Assembly: GCA_023213395.1 (NCBI GenBank)
Contig: CM041465.1
Span: 221,719,741 to 221,783,740, forward strand
DNA length: 64,000 nucleotides
Origin: Cycas panzhihuaensis
Taxonomy: Eukaryota > Plantae > Cycadophyta
Direction: 5' to 3'
The first letter of the stretch is position 1. The number at the start of each line of letters is the position of its first letter. The position numbers were made by a program, and so were the translations under genes. The notes below the pieces were generated by a model. It had not been told where the DNA came from. It ran no database searches and worked only from the letters and a program-made list of their open reading frames with translations. Of this stretch, positions 1 to 18,589 are shown in pieces.

Positions 1-2100
1 TGGTTCATTCAACTTCATATTACTTCAAGGTGGATTCTTGCTCACTTGGTTCATGCATATCAATTAATTTTTTGTTATAAATGGGTTCATTTTCACTTAG
101 TTCATGCATGTTAGCTAGTTGTTTTTTAAATTGCTCATAAGTAGACTCTTCATTTTCAATGTCTTACTTTTAACATTTGTCCTTAAAACTCATAAAAGTA
201 TCATCATTATATCCATGTCACCCCTACCACCTTTTTAAATGATTTGCATCAAATTCATTAAATAAAACTATTGAAAGACGCTTATAAAAATTTATCTCAT
301 AGGTCCTCTTATGCTAGTTAACATACTAATCAAGAGAATTCCCTCACTAATTTGATTTAGCAAGTGTCTTAAAATCTTCATTCAATATATGAAGCTAAAG
401 ATTATAAACAAATTCAACATTGTCAAGCCATTCTATAGGCTAAACATTTCTATCCCTAAAGAAAGATAGAATATCCATCATTGATTAACTTATTACATGC
501 ATAATAATTACTCTTCATATAGATGCTAAGCACTTGGATAAGACATAATTTTCATCTAACTTGAAAAAACCCCAATGTGTGGAAACACCTTCCTTACACA
601 TTAATAAGTAGATAGAACTAGAAAATAAAACACTTAATAAATCCAACTTGAATTTGAAGAGATGCCTCCTAAAAAGTAAATAACTTATTTTATTTCTACC
701 TAAGTGTTGGAATCAAATATTTGAGTTAGAATGTTCTATGAATACTTTAAATTTAATACTTACAAAAAAAAAAAAAAATTGGGGGGAAAAAATACAATGA
801 ACCTCATGTATTACTGATGCTTATGATAGAAGGGTTGATTTGACCTAAAATTCTATAAATTAAATATGAGAGTTTTAATTCAATGCTTCATTGAGCTATT
901 ATAGATCAGTTATAGGGCTCATAGGGTAGTTTTATTACTATTGATACACCTTCATGAAGAGCACTAGATAATAATTAATGATAACCATAATTTATGTATA
1001 TAACTAGATGAGAATGTGAATATGTAATAGATTGATTACAAATAAAAGACAAATGAACATTGTTGGTAATATAACCAATGTGTATGAATATGACTTTTTT
1101 GGAATAGTCTCCATATCATGTGGGACTTTAAGATATTCAAGAGCATATCTAATAGAATTCATGGACCCTGACCCTATAAAGATAGCTTCAATGCCTGTGG
1201 ATCATGCCCAAACAACTATTCAATTATATAGAAGCTTTCATAGGCAATCAAAAGACACATTCATGGTGTAGATGAAAACTATAATTAGGTCACTCATAAA
1301 GAACTAATGTAGATCAATGCCAATCCTCAATCAATGCATAGATGCAGATACCAAACCTTAGTAGATCTGAAAGGTTCTCAAATTGAAGAGTGTTTTGGGA
1401 ATGAAATTGTAGAGAAAATAGGTTATTATGAGCTAGGTAGGCATATAATAGGTAGCAAGGCTATAAATTATCCTTTCAAGGGAGTGAATTACTCTTTTAC
1501 TACAATAACATTCCCAATTAGTAAAATTCTAGTAAATAATATGATAAATGGAAAAAAAAATAATTATAATGTAGTAAATATAATAATTTAGAGATAATAA
1601 TAGTTCATGAAATGAAAGTAAATAATTCAATGGATAATAGTCAAATAGAAATTATCAAGAATGAAAATATAATAGTAAAGCATAAATGCACCAAAGAACC
1701 CAACAAAATGTGTTAAAGTACTTAAATAGGGGATTATTCCATCATTTAGAAAATAATAATGATCATTCTCTTTATAAGCCTTTATTTCATTTGTATATGT
1801 CATTAACATTAAAGTTAACTTCAATAATTTAATAAAATAATGACAAGTTAACTTGCATTTCTTCCTTGGCATTTGTGTTACTACTAGTTCTTTAAAAAAT
1901 ACTCTATTAGAATGTTATTATTTAATGATATTGATCCAAAGTCACTATCTATATAGGACTTAAAGGAGGAGACAAAGATGAAGATTTGAACATTCATCTA
2001 GGATAATGTCTATGTTTTGATGCTTGTTAACAAAAGAAGTCAAGAAGATGATCATAAATATATGCCAATCCATATGAGCTTAACTTGTTACCAACATTGA
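1..2100 (-). pseudogene. Degenerate Ac-like hAT DNA transposase (runs off the window start)
   Basis: Minus-strand fragments appear in hAT order: ALEYLKVPHDMETI (~1100-1145, cf. xxFxxLxxPHTGxxI), an H-I-x-C...H-x-x-L...EG-like segment (~950-1000, cf. HVRCxAHILNLIVQDG) and GVSTHWGFF (~565-592, cf. DVxTRWNST). Many stops and frameshifts. No TIR identified; ends are approximate. Confidence 0.55.
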
Positions 2101-3279
2101 TAAAACCTCATTATTGTCTCACAAAGTTGTAAAACATGAATATTTTCACATGCTAAAATAGAAAAACAAGGGCAAATTATTTAGATCTTTATTTTTTAAA
2201 ATATTTTTTAAAAATTTAAATGAAATTGGATGCTTTTTTAAAATTTACCTAAGCTTAATCTTTTAGCAAATAGTCACATGGAAGAGATTGCCTGACTAAC
2301 ATTAGACATGAAAGGGGATAAATGCCCAAAATTCAACCCCTCAATAATTTTTTAAGTATATGACATTAACTTTTCTATGATATTTTACTACAATAGTCAG
2401 ATTTTAGACCCAAAAGAAGTGTTAGAGAGCTAACTCAAATGCTTATATAACAATTGGTCACTTGATACATGTTGTTACTATTTTTAGTAAAAAAATAAGT
2501 GTGAAGTTAATTCAAATTTTAAAAAAGTTATTTTTTTATTATTTATGGCATATTTATGGTTTATTAGTTCTAAAATACTTCATGATGGTTTATTGATATA
2601 AATGCATCCTAAATAGGTAAGAATAATGAAAAATGATATAAAAAGGTTTTATTTTAGGTTCTTAAGAATCTAATTCTATAAAATAAAGGTTCAAAGGTTT
2701 TAAAAAGAATATTTATTTTTAAATATTTGAGTCATATCCTTTAATCATGTCAATATTAAGTTATAATGTTGGATATGTATAAGCCTCAGAAGGTAATTGT
2801 AAGGCTGAAGAGCCATGTTTTATGTATTTTTGGCTAATAGTGCCATTGTCTTATTAATTTTCAAGACATTAGAGCCCATGACTATTGTAATTTTAGCCTT
2901 TAAATGCCAAAAAGGTTGTCTACTCCATAAGACAAGAGGTAGGATAAAATTGTATTCTACTCTTCTAGGTATTTTTAGCATATTCAACGAATCTTGTATG
3001 ATAATATGTTCCTAGAGTATAGTTAGTTATTGTTTATTGAACCACATAATCAAATGACCTATTTAACAAATTTATGGCTACAATGATTAGTTACTTATGT
3101 AGACCAATGAATGGTGTTCCTTCTATATGGATGCTAATAACTTTGTTAAAATTTTGAAGTAGCTTGTAGATGAAGGCAGTGGTATTCTTCTATAATTCTA
3201 ACATAATTGAAGATAAAATAAAAATTATATTTTAATGTAACATTTATTATTTAAATAAATTGTATATTATGGGGGAGAA

Positions 3280-3674
3280 TATTGGATAATAATATCTAAT
3301 TACATAAAATATAATATTAAATCCTCATCACTTTATTATAATTATTTGGGAATATTTTTTTGTAAACATCATAGAGATGTATACTAGTTGGATTGTGTGT
3401 CAAGCACATATAAGTTTACTTTAGGTTCTCCACTTGAGATGAGTTGATTTATAAATATGTATATCATTTCTTGAATAATTTAAGTTTAGCCATTTATCCA
3501 TATTTGTGTTTATTTTTTATGTATATGTTTTATATATTTATGTTTTTCTTTTCATCATATTTTTTACTCACTTCACATCCAATGATTAAGTCTCATTAGG
3601 TTTATTCATTTGTTTATTTATTTCCACTATCCTCACCCAATGTTTAGTATCATAATGGCCTCCAAATTCTAACA
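3280..3674 (+). mobile_element. Probable old LTR (TATTGG..TAACA) with upstream PPT and downstream Met-tRNA PBS
   Basis: Preceded by GGGGGAGAA (3271-3279) and followed by TAGTATTAGAG (3675-3685, decayed TGGTATCAGAG). No partner LTR found. Confidence 0.4.
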
Positions 3675-3739
3675 TAGTATTAGAGTTGCCTCTTAATTCT
3701 AATATAATTTACCTCCAGTATGGCATAGAATTTGAAATC

Positions 3740-6700
3740 TAATTTATTAACTTCAAGTGAGGCCCTCACCTCTTTATATATATACCTTATTGAGTAAAAG
3801 TTAGCCTTAGAGAATTTAATTCTATAATTTATATAAAAGTTGACCTTAAGGCAGTTAATTATGATTTTATATTAAATTCACCATTAATATAATTATTTAT
3901 TATCTTTAATGGAAATTACCCTCAATATAATTACTTAATATTTTCTATAAAAACTAGTTTATAAACTGAAATGTGACAAGTCCCCCCTCTTTGACATGCT
4001 CGATGGGCACATGTGGATGCTCTTTATATCATTATTCACTTTCTTAGGTTGCACCATCAATGTTTTTATTCTTCCATTTGACTAAATATTTCTTAATATG
4101 TTAGTTTTATAATTATTAAATGTGTTCTAATTCCCTAGTTAAATCCCCTTCTTTATTTAATTTTCATAGTGTAGATTATGATGTTATCTTTTACTAGTAG
4201 TATTGCATATAGGATTGCATATTTACAGGGGTTATGCCTAGCTCAAGCTTGATAATATGCTTAATTTTATAATATAGAAGTAACTGCTTTGGCATTTTCT
4301 CAAAGATCTTCAGATAATTGCTAAAATTATTTTGTATCACTAGATGGATCTCTAACTCACTTGGTATGAAGATAACATAATAGCTCATGACATACCTATA
4401 TTATCACTTATTGAGTAGATTTACTATTTTATATGAAGAGACTAACTAATTTGGAGGATTTGCTAGTTCTTATAATTTAAACTTCTTTCTATTTTGGCTA
4501 AAAATTATAAATAACCAGGTATAATTCATGATGAAGGTCCCTAATACTAGACTACTATCACCTTGTGATTATATCCACTCCTTCCATTGGCATGGTGAAC
4601 ATTAGAGATTCTAGTATATAGTTAGAGATAGAAAGTCAAATCTTCATACATAATCTCCCACATGACATTATTCTACCTCCTCCCAGCACAACTTCAAATT
4701 GCTTATAAGGGATAATATATGAGGTTGTTTACTCAATTACTTAATGACTAATAAAGTCATGGATGTTGCCTCCATCAAGTAAAATTGAGATATTCATATT
4801 TTTAATGAGTCTAAATTGGAGCATACGTGGCAATGTGGTTACTCCTATGATGGATTACAAATATATTTAGATATTGGAAAAGTGTCTAACTACTCTTTTA
4901 AGACCAAGTCTTCAAGTATTTACTTATCCTCTCTTTTTGACTCTTCAACTTTCATAACCACCTATTTCTTGGTCACTCTATATAATGCCTTATTCTTTTT
5001 CTCTAAGCACTAGTGATCTTTATTCCACTTAGTTCCATATATAAAATAGATTCCTTGCTTTAGATGTTTAGTTCCTAACATTCTAGTATACTTGTCTCCA
5101 AATTGGGATGATTCCTTGTATATTATTCCTCCTTGGGGCCTAGCTTGGTGACTTTTGTCATCTGTTCTTGTTGATGGTTTCCTAAAATAGGCATATAATT
5201 TAATTTTAATATTTTTTGCTTATACCATAGCTTGCTATCTACTTATAAAGACTTCAACTAGAATGTAATTGTATCTTTAAGTCCTTCCAAATATGATTCC
5301 AATATGAACTTTTTACTTAATGGTATTGAAAACATAATTTGAAGATTTATCTTCAATGTAGTCTTGGATGGACTCTGTTTGCTAAAGGCTAATACCCTTT
5401 TATCACTTTTTAAAGAAACTAGGGAGAATTTTTATTATAACTTTGTATAGTAGAATGAGATTGTCATTCTATCAGAGCTACCAAAATCTTGACTAAGATG
5501 CCATTATAAATATACCATGATGTTCAATTTTTTGAGATCTTTCATTCTATAATAGTCACATGGACCACTTCTTTTCTAATCACCCATGAGGAGAAATCCA
5601 AGTTCCATATGCCATCATATTGCTTGTAAAATCTTAGTGGAAAGAATGACATGATAATTTAACATAAACTCATAATCTTTCCTCTCCCACTTGAATCAAT
5701 TTATAGTTTTGTTACTCAAATGTAGTTAAGAAAACAAGATGTTATTTTTCTCATAGCATGGATGGATGTTGAAGTAGGTTTCTATTTTTATTACCCATGA
5801 TCTCATGTCCATTCATTTGCTAGGATCAAAGAATTATTGATGGACCTTCATGCTCTTGGTTTTGTTACTCCTTTATTCTTAGAATGTTGTGTTTATTTAT
5901 TTGTTTATTTTATTTTCACTCTCTATTCTCTTATAATCCACCTTTCACATCCCTTTTCTATTGATGATCATTACTTCCTTCTATTGTATTAGCTTTCCTT
6001 TTATCCATAACTTCAGATATCTCATATATAAACTTATCTAATCATTCCTAACTAGATTTTTTGGAATATTCCAAAAGCTTATGAAATCCACTAAAGTTGG
6101 CTTTAATATTATTTTTTCAATGGTCTAGGTCTACCTAGATGTTTCTTAAAGAATTTGAGGTATTTATTGGAGCCATTTTCCTTGCTATTAAATGTTGATT
6201 TTTAAAATTCATAGTTATATTTACAATATTAAGGTAATTCACTATAAATATCACATTTTTAGTAGTAGAAATTTCATTACTCTCTATTAAAAGTTAGGAT
6301 TTTAGTGCCAGAATTTACACTAGTTATTAGTTTGAGTTTCCTATTTGTTGAAATTTAAATTTTGCTTTTTGAAATTTACTATTGGATTATTGAATCTTAC
6401 TTTTAGACAACTACAACCATCCCATTATCTATTGGAATTAACTTTTAAACTACTAAAATTAATCTTTTTTAAAAAGAAATATGATTTTTTAGCTAATAAT
6501 TTGACTTTTATATGAAAAAGTCTATCTTCTGATAATAGAAATCAAATTTCTAATTATAGAAGTGTTATGTATGGTTGTTAAATTTAGTTATTTAATTGTT
6601 GAAGCTTAATATTTGATAATTGGATGGCCTCAATCTTGGGGCTCTAATATCCCTTATAGAAATTTCTGGAGGGATTGCTTGCTAATTTCTATTAATAATT

Positions 6701-6950
6701 ATAATTTTAAATAAAATAATTAAAACAAAAAACTTAAAAGACATACACCTATACATATAAACTAATTAATAAGCATTGAGTTACATATAATTAAAGAATT
6801 ACTAAAAATAAAAATGTGCACTTAAGATTATCATTTCCATTTGATTTAATGATTATATAAACATGTGGACTAATATTTGCTTGACATGCATAAATGTGTA
6901 CATGTGTTTATGACCTATGATGATAAACAACTTTAATGGTACAATAAAAA
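3740..6950 (-). mobile_element. Decayed Ty3/Gypsy chromovirus relic
   Basis: Minus-strand PBS GCTCTAATATC (6641-6651), degenerate gag/pol between, and chromodomain IKKYLVKWKNKNIDGAT*ESE..KEHPH (~4010-4100). Minus-strand PPT AAGAGGGGGGA (3981-3991) abuts the LTR start TGTCAC at 3978. Outer ends are uncertain. Confidence 0.7.
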
Positions 6951-8091
6951 CCATGCACTCAAACTTAATTTGATGAAAAGGAATACCTATTATGTTATGT
7001 ACCCCCTTTGGCATTATTTACCCCTTTGTTTGACTATTTTTTAATTTTAATTTTTTCTTTTTTTTTAATTGTTGTTTTATTTACACCATTGTAAAATCTT
7101 GCACTATTTCATTTTTCATAATGGTACTATTAAAAAATCATGTTTAAACTATGGCAAATTTATAAGGTTAATCCTTGGTCAAAATATAATAATATTTAGT
7201 GGTAATATTATTGTGGTGGAGTCACTAGACATTAGGTATACTCTCTCAAAGTTGTAATAAGTATAGGCAACATTTGTTGAAATATATGTATACATATTGA
7301 TTAATGTAAAATAGGCCTATTTATGTGCCTAATATGTAGGTGGAATATTCTCGATATGGGTGAGCTGACAGATGTAATTGTAATTATATTTGGGCACTTT
7401 AGGTCTATAAATATAGATCAAAGTTAATATCTTGTATAACATTAAATTGTCAAAAGTGTGAATAATATTATTTGGTGGGTTTTCACTTGTAAGGGTTTCC
7501 CACGATAATCTAATGTCCCACATGCATGATTTCTATTGCAATCTATATGATGTAAAAGATCATGTCAACCTTGTTTATATTTATATTTCCAAACATAGTA
7601 TCAGAGCAGGTAGGTCATGTACAAGTAGAGTATTATTGCCAGATAGTCTAATCATTAGCATTAGGTCACGCTGGCTTGCCGTTAGTGGATTGCCATGTTC
7701 GACGGTCCTACAAAACTACTACAAAGGTGCAAATGATCACTGGAGGATCTTAGAAGCCTTCTGTCTTTGTAGGTATTCTAAGCTCTATGGAGGTGTGCAG
7801 AAGAGTATGCAACCTTGGTTACCCCATTACCAATCATTTGAGCCCAGATTGAGCTTAATAAAGGTGTCAGATCCCTATTTGATGATGCCATTGAGTTGAC
7901 AAAGATCTGGAGGTGTTTTTTATCTAATCTTAAAGGTGTTTAAGGCTGCTTGTATATGGAGAGAAGTGGTGCACTCTATTTCAGACATTTGCCAGCCCTC
8001 TTTTACCAATAGAAGAGTGCAGAGCCTCTGTTGAGCCATTATAGAACCTGTAATGAATAATACGGTGCTACATATTGAGGTATACTCATAT

Positions 8092-12181
<4,090 letters not shown>

Positions 12182-13372
12182 TTATCAACCGCCGCCCGGT
12201 GCTATGATTCTATTCTATCCATTATTTTTATATTTGTATTATCGTCATTTATTAATATTTATAGTTTCCCAAATATTTTTATTATTTTTTAATCAAATAA
12301 AGTGTCTGTCATGATGTACATTACAACTATGTGATTAATATTTAATGTAGATGTGAAATTTCAAGTTCACTATTAATATTTGTAGTCCTGCATATAATAT
12401 TTTTGCTCGTATTAATGCACCACCATTTTCTATATATTCACATTTTATATTTGTGTAGCCATTGAAAATTCAATTTGCCCATATATATAATGGTATTTGA
12501 TCATAGTTTGATCATCGTTTGTCACCCAACCAATGTCATAAAATCACTTATGATTAGATTCAATCATTCCATTGATATATATTTTGATATTGTGTTATAT
12601 ATTAACATCACAATTTATTATTGTAAAATATATCAATACATTTGATATTTTAATATTTGATAAAGTCGCCCTTTGTATTGTACTGCTATTATTGGATTGC
12701 CTTTTCTTATTTAACCATATATGATCACCCATGATTACTTCATATTATATAAGATGATATATTTGGTATTTGATAATCTTTAAGTTGCCTAAATAGAATA
12801 TATTGAGTTATATTAACTTAATATAAAGGCAAAAGTGATATAGATGTTATTTTTAATCATTTATTTCTATGGTTGATTCATGTGGTTACTTTGTCATGTA
12901 TGATTAAAGTGGGATATACATGTTAAGAGTTTAATTTAATGGTGTTACAAGGTGTTAAGATGTAGCGATATAATATTCTCTTACATGCAATTACATGAGA
13001 GATAAGGCATATTGAGGTTGTCTAGCATGTGGTTACGTGGGAGAGTAAGATGGGTGATGATGGCAATTTAAGGTGAAGAGATTGCATTACCCACGCTTCA
13101 ATTATGGGTGACATGAGGCAACTTGTTACTCCTTAGAATGTGACTTATATGAAGGAGCTTTATGGGCAAAGAAGAGGGCATGGTTGGGTGAGAGAGAGAA
13201 GGGCAAGATGAGGTGATGAGGTACTTGTTGCATATGATATTACATGGCAAGTTAATTGGGCAGGTTTAAGGGTAAGAAAAGGGCAAGTAAGGGCAAATAT
13301 GATTGCGATACCTTAGTTGCAAGTGATACAAACTCTATTACTATTGGTTAGTGTGCCATTGATCATTAAATA

Positions 13373-13376
<4 letters not shown>

Positions 13377-13463
<87 letters not shown>
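13377..13463. repeat. Pure (TA)n microsatellite, ~87 bp
   Basis: Directly visible. Confidence 0.98.
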
Positions 13464-13466
<3 letters not shown>

Positions 13467-15999
13467 TTATTAAGTGAAATTGTGTGTTTTATTCATGTAT
13501 ATTTGAGTTCTATTATATCAAATGTGTATGAGGTGATGAGGTTTAGAATTTACTATTTGTATGAGTGGTTGTCAGTTATGATAGACTGTCATACTTTGGA
13601 TAGTTGGACTAATGATAACATGAGGGTTTCTGGTCTATTTAATGCTAATTCAACATATATGCATATCTCAGCAAGTCTGATATGGGACTAAGATAAAGTG
13701 ATTAATGAAATTTGAAGTGTGAATGGAAAGGTCTATGATGAGAAGCCTTAAAATCAGTTATGCCTTTGTCATAGTATAGAACAGGAGTTGTTTGTCACAT
13801 AAACCCCATGTGTTGTAGGTGAGTCATGATGCAGATGGTGAGGTGTGGTGTATTGTATGGTTTACCTTCTATATTTTGTATCAGAGGTTGTAGTAGATAG
13901 GTATGAGGCCTCTTCTAAAGTTGTTTGTGGCATATTCCCCTTGTATTGTATTTGGACTAGTTAGAAGCCCTCCATTTAATCCCTTAGGTTCATTGGAGTG
14001 TGTATAGCTTAGACAAAGATTGTAGCAATAGGATTATAAGACTTTAAAGCCTATGAGGTTGTTTATCTTATAAACAATATGATCTATAAGGGAAACACAT
14101 TATGATTAGTCTATATATCAGTTGAAGAGTTATTAACGTATCATGTTAAGTGTCATCTGGTTATAGGTTTTATCCTTTATTTCTTCACTTTTTCGAGACA
14201 CAATTCAATAGGTGTGGAGGTTTGTTTGCCTAACATTATGTTTGAGATAGAAATAGGACCTAGTGGAAGATAGATGTTGAGGAACTATTATTTGAAGAGG
14301 AATGGATTGCAATCCCATGTTTCATTAGTGGTTGAAGACCTGCAGGATGATTGAAGAATAAGAATCAGCATGCCAGTCAAATCTCATGATAGATACCAAC
14401 ATTTCAGTAAGTGGAGATTTGCAATGGAGAGTTGTATTGAAGGAAAGAACCTAGTCAATTTACAAGTTAGAAAGCTTATTATGTAAGATATCTAGTAGAA
14501 AGAAGGATTCAGATATGAGGGGACATTTACACCAGTCTCTATGTTAATGGTCTATTTGATACTTACTTTAGTAGCTTTAGATAGTTAGATGTCATATCAA
14601 ATGAATAAGATATCAATGTTCCTTAATAGAGACTTGAAGAAGAGATTCACATGGCTTAAGAGGCTCAATCTCTTGGTTTAGTCAAAGGAATATGATTGAG
14701 TTTTATGGAAAAAGTGTTAGGTGCAGAGAGAGTTGTATGGTTTCAGGGACTATTGGAGTCATATCTAAAGAATCAAACACATATGAGGCATAGTACCATT
14801 ACATCTGAGTGAAGATCATATCAAGAAAGTTGCAGGTAGAAGATTATCCATGTGGAGATTGATTGGTGGACATGTTCACTAAGTTCAAATTAAAGATCGC
14901 TATATTGACATTCATGCATATTAAGTAAGGCTATCCTTGAGAGGGGATCTATTCCTAAGGATAAACTCTATTACCCCACATTTATATTAAGAGGGGATGA
15001 TAGAGTATGTGTATACTTACCGATTAGTGTAAAGTGGGCCTATTTATATGCCTAATATATAGGTGGAATATTCTTGATATGGGTGAGCCAATGGATGCAA
15101 TTATAATTATATTTGAGCACTTTAGATCTATAAATATAGATCAAAGTCTATACCTTTTATAATAGTATATTATCAAAAATGTGAATAATATTATTTGGTG
15201 GGTTTTTACCTGTAAGGATTTTCCACAGTAATTTGATATCCCACGTGTGTGATTTCCACTATGATTTATCTGATATGAAAGATCCCATCAACCTTGTCTA
15301 CATTTGTATTTCCTAACAATATTAATTATTGTGCAAACTCTTATTTGATTAGTTATTGTTGAGGTTCTTATATATGATGTTATTAGTAGATAATTGACTA
15401 ACCTCATTAATCATTAATTAGATGAAGTAATTCTATATAAGAGTATACAATATTCATTGTAACTTATAAAGATACTTAGTACTCCCCTAATGGCATTTAG
15501 TATGGTCTTATCATGTACTTATTGAAAATCTTCAATAATAAGATCTCATACATTTTATGATAGATATTTCTTCATCTTGAGGCTTTATCACATTAAACCT
15601 TGTGTCTAAATATTGGTTCTTTGATGTTTAATTATTGTCCATTATTGGTGACTATATTCTCTTGTGATGATCATGTGTTATACTTTAATCTCAATGATAA
15701 ATGCTTTCATATTGATGTGATTCGATTAAGTGGTAATTGTAAGGTGTTTAATAGTTGTCATCGTGATGATATCAAACATAAAAAATCTAATATGATATCA
15801 AAGCTGCCTATATTTTGACAAGGTATAAGCATGTTTATGTAAAGTAGGTAGGTGAGAACTTGTATGGTAGATCACTAGTAGGAGCTTATTAGAAGAAGAG
15901 TTGAGTCATGAACCAATAAAAAGCTATATGGAGCTCGTTGAATTAAGGAACTAATAATATACCAATGGTTACTGGTTAAGTTTTGGGATGTAATGAGTT

Positions 16000-18230
16000 G
16001 AAAAGCTACATACAAAATGAAAAATGGACTCTAAAAAACTAATAGTAATGTTATGTTATGAGTTTTTTAATTTGTGGATATCTTATGATGCATGTGGGCC
16101 CAAATTTCATGAGCACAAAGGTATGAAAATTATGCCCACAAGTTTAGAAGGTATAGGTGAGAAGTAGACTTGTATATAGGCATGTACATCCTAAAAAAAG
16201 GAGCAAGTATTAGTTAATATACTATAAGAGCAAGTAGTGTGTAGTACCATCAATATGTTGCCATGATAAGAAGAGTGTTCAAGGTGAAGTGCACATACAT
16301 GGTGACAACCTTTACCATCTAAGTATAATCCATTATGTTATGTAGATTATCAATGATATGAAAGATTTTGGAGCTACTTGTAAGGGTCCTTTAAGAAGGA
16401 CTCATTACCAAAAGTTAGTTCAAATCCATAATATAGGTTGAAATAGTTTGCAAATCTGTAATATAAAATTAAGAAAATGATACTTATTTCAAACTAAATT
16501 CTAAAGGAGACATAAATTATAAAGGATCCAAAAATGATTAACAACTATGAAGAATATTAGAGGAGAGCAAAATTAGTATAGTGTGAAATAAGTCTAATGA
16601 AATATAGTTCTACAACATGTATTTAAATATGAAGGTAAGCATCGATTACTAAAATTATTGAGCAACTAAATGACATGAATAACTATTGTTTGATGATATT
16701 TAGGCAAGCATGGACAAAGTCTCATTGGGTGTGTGAGATGCTTATGGGCATGGTAAGGTAATAATAGTAGAATTACAAATTTAACAAGTATGAAATCTCA
16801 ATGACATACTATCAAAGGAGAGCCCCACTTTGTTTTAGAAGTACTTTAGTTTAAAAGTGAATATAAATATTTTTCTTTATGAGATATTATGAATCAATAT
16901 GTAGATTAAGGTGCTTTTTGTTGATGTTAGATGAGAGACTCACAAAGTAGGTTAAATATGCCCATGAAACAATTCCACTAATGTTGGATACTAAGTATCC
17001 CAAATATATTTGACAAGTCCTTCAAATTTGAAGGATAAAGGTGGCGGAGCACATCAGTTTGAGGTAACAATAGATGCACCCAATGTATTTAATAAGTCCA
17101 TAAAATCCTAATGGTAAAATATTACCCAAATATATTATAATTAAGGAGATGTATGACTCAAAATTTAAGGATTAAAAATGTGATGGAAGGACAATAAGAT
17201 GCAAATAATATTTATTATTAAAGGTGAATATATATCTATGAAGTGTACTAAATCAAATTCAATCATGAACATAAAAGTATATTATAGCAGAATTAAAGAG
17301 GAATCTCAAACCCTATCTGTAGCTTAAATAGGTGGTGAAAATCAAGTTTGCATATTGGTTCAAAATACAACTTTTAAATGTTATATATTGTTGGAGGATA
17401 CATACACCAAGTGATATACTATCATAAGAGTAGTAAAATTTTCAAAAGGGAGAAAATTGATAAGGAAGTTAGTTGGGGTTTAAGGTATGAGTTACACATT
17501 TTTCTAAGTTTCATTCAATTAATTTTTTTTTTTTTTTTTAATTTATATAAATTTCAAATATATCTAAGTATGTAGTAAAATAAATCAATTTTGAAGGTGA
17601 GATAAAGAGATTGATTCATGAACTTAAAGTCGCATAGATTTTTTTTGTTTATAAAACACTAGCCCAATAAGGGCATTTATCGATAAAAGGTTTAGATATA
17701 TTTATATCAATTATGAAAAATATTATAGACTAATTTTGAAGTAAATGAAAAAATATGAGGGATAATTTTAAAATTAAGGTTGAGATAGGAATTTCTAAAA
17801 ATCACTATAGACCAATTATGATAAAAATATGAGAGCTTGAGATGCTCATAAATAAGATTGAGAGTAGAGGTGAGATAATATATAATTGAACATTATACAG
17901 ACATGTGAGATAAGACCTTTGTATCTAGGTGTAAGACATACCATAGAAAGAGTTAGGTAAAACCTCACCATTAAAAATATCAAGACTATAGAATGGATTC
18001 TATATGGTATTTCCTTCGTACAGTTATTAGATCGAAGTAAATCATGAGTCTTTATTGATTGAGAGAAGGTAAATTAACACCTAATGTGTTTCTTAATGGT
18101 TCCATCATGTATTTATGATTTTGGTTGAATAATTTTTTAAGTAAGAAAACTCAAAATAAAGTAACTTAGCTTATATTAGATATATCAGGCATTTTATATA
18201 TTTAATGCAAATTTCAGGGATAGAGAGAAC
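16000..18230 (+). pseudogene. Degenerate hAT transposase (zf-BED + DUF659 + hAT dimerisation-type) inside element A
   Basis: Motifs in the expected order: GMKI..CPQV (~16120-16145, BED finger end), NDMKDFGATCKGP (~16352-16390, cf. I..YGPGYKGPS), KSEYK (~16855), VTIDAPNV (~17064-17087, cf. VITDNAxN), MVKYYPNI (~17111-17134), FNH (~17258), a TRFA-like LK*VVK..FA (~17325-17355), EWILYGIS (~17990-18015, cf. WWxxYG) and an RNKL...VYI-like segment (~18140-18210). Broken by stops and frameshifts. Confidence 0.7.
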
Positions 18231-18589
18231 CTTAATTAATGATGAAAAAAGATAGAATTTTTTACTTAGTTGTATGAGGATAGAGCTTTAACTAATTCAT
18301 TAGACTTATAAGAAAACTCAAAATAGATAAAAGCTACTTTATTTTATGATCAATTGATTGCAATATTTTAGTGAAGAAGTTCTTGTTGAAGATGTTGTAG
18401 TTGCATCAATTACAAATAGTTCTTTGATATGATGAAATCTAAGATATTTTTGGCATTTTCCATCTCAAATTATTGATGGATTATATAATTAAACAAGGAA
18501 ATTTTGATTTAAGATATAAGAATATCATGAGTAATAAACCTTATATCTAGAATGCATCCTAGTAAGTAGTGAGTGTAGTGACTAGTTAT

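Noticed and set aside
7513-7899. 128-aa ORF, the longest non-microsatellite ORF
   Set aside because: It spans B's LTR end, PBS and leader and has no domain similarity, so it is likely a chance ORF.
15600-15818. ORF similar to 19693-19905
   Set aside because: Both lie in the LTRs of A; the similarity is LTR identity.
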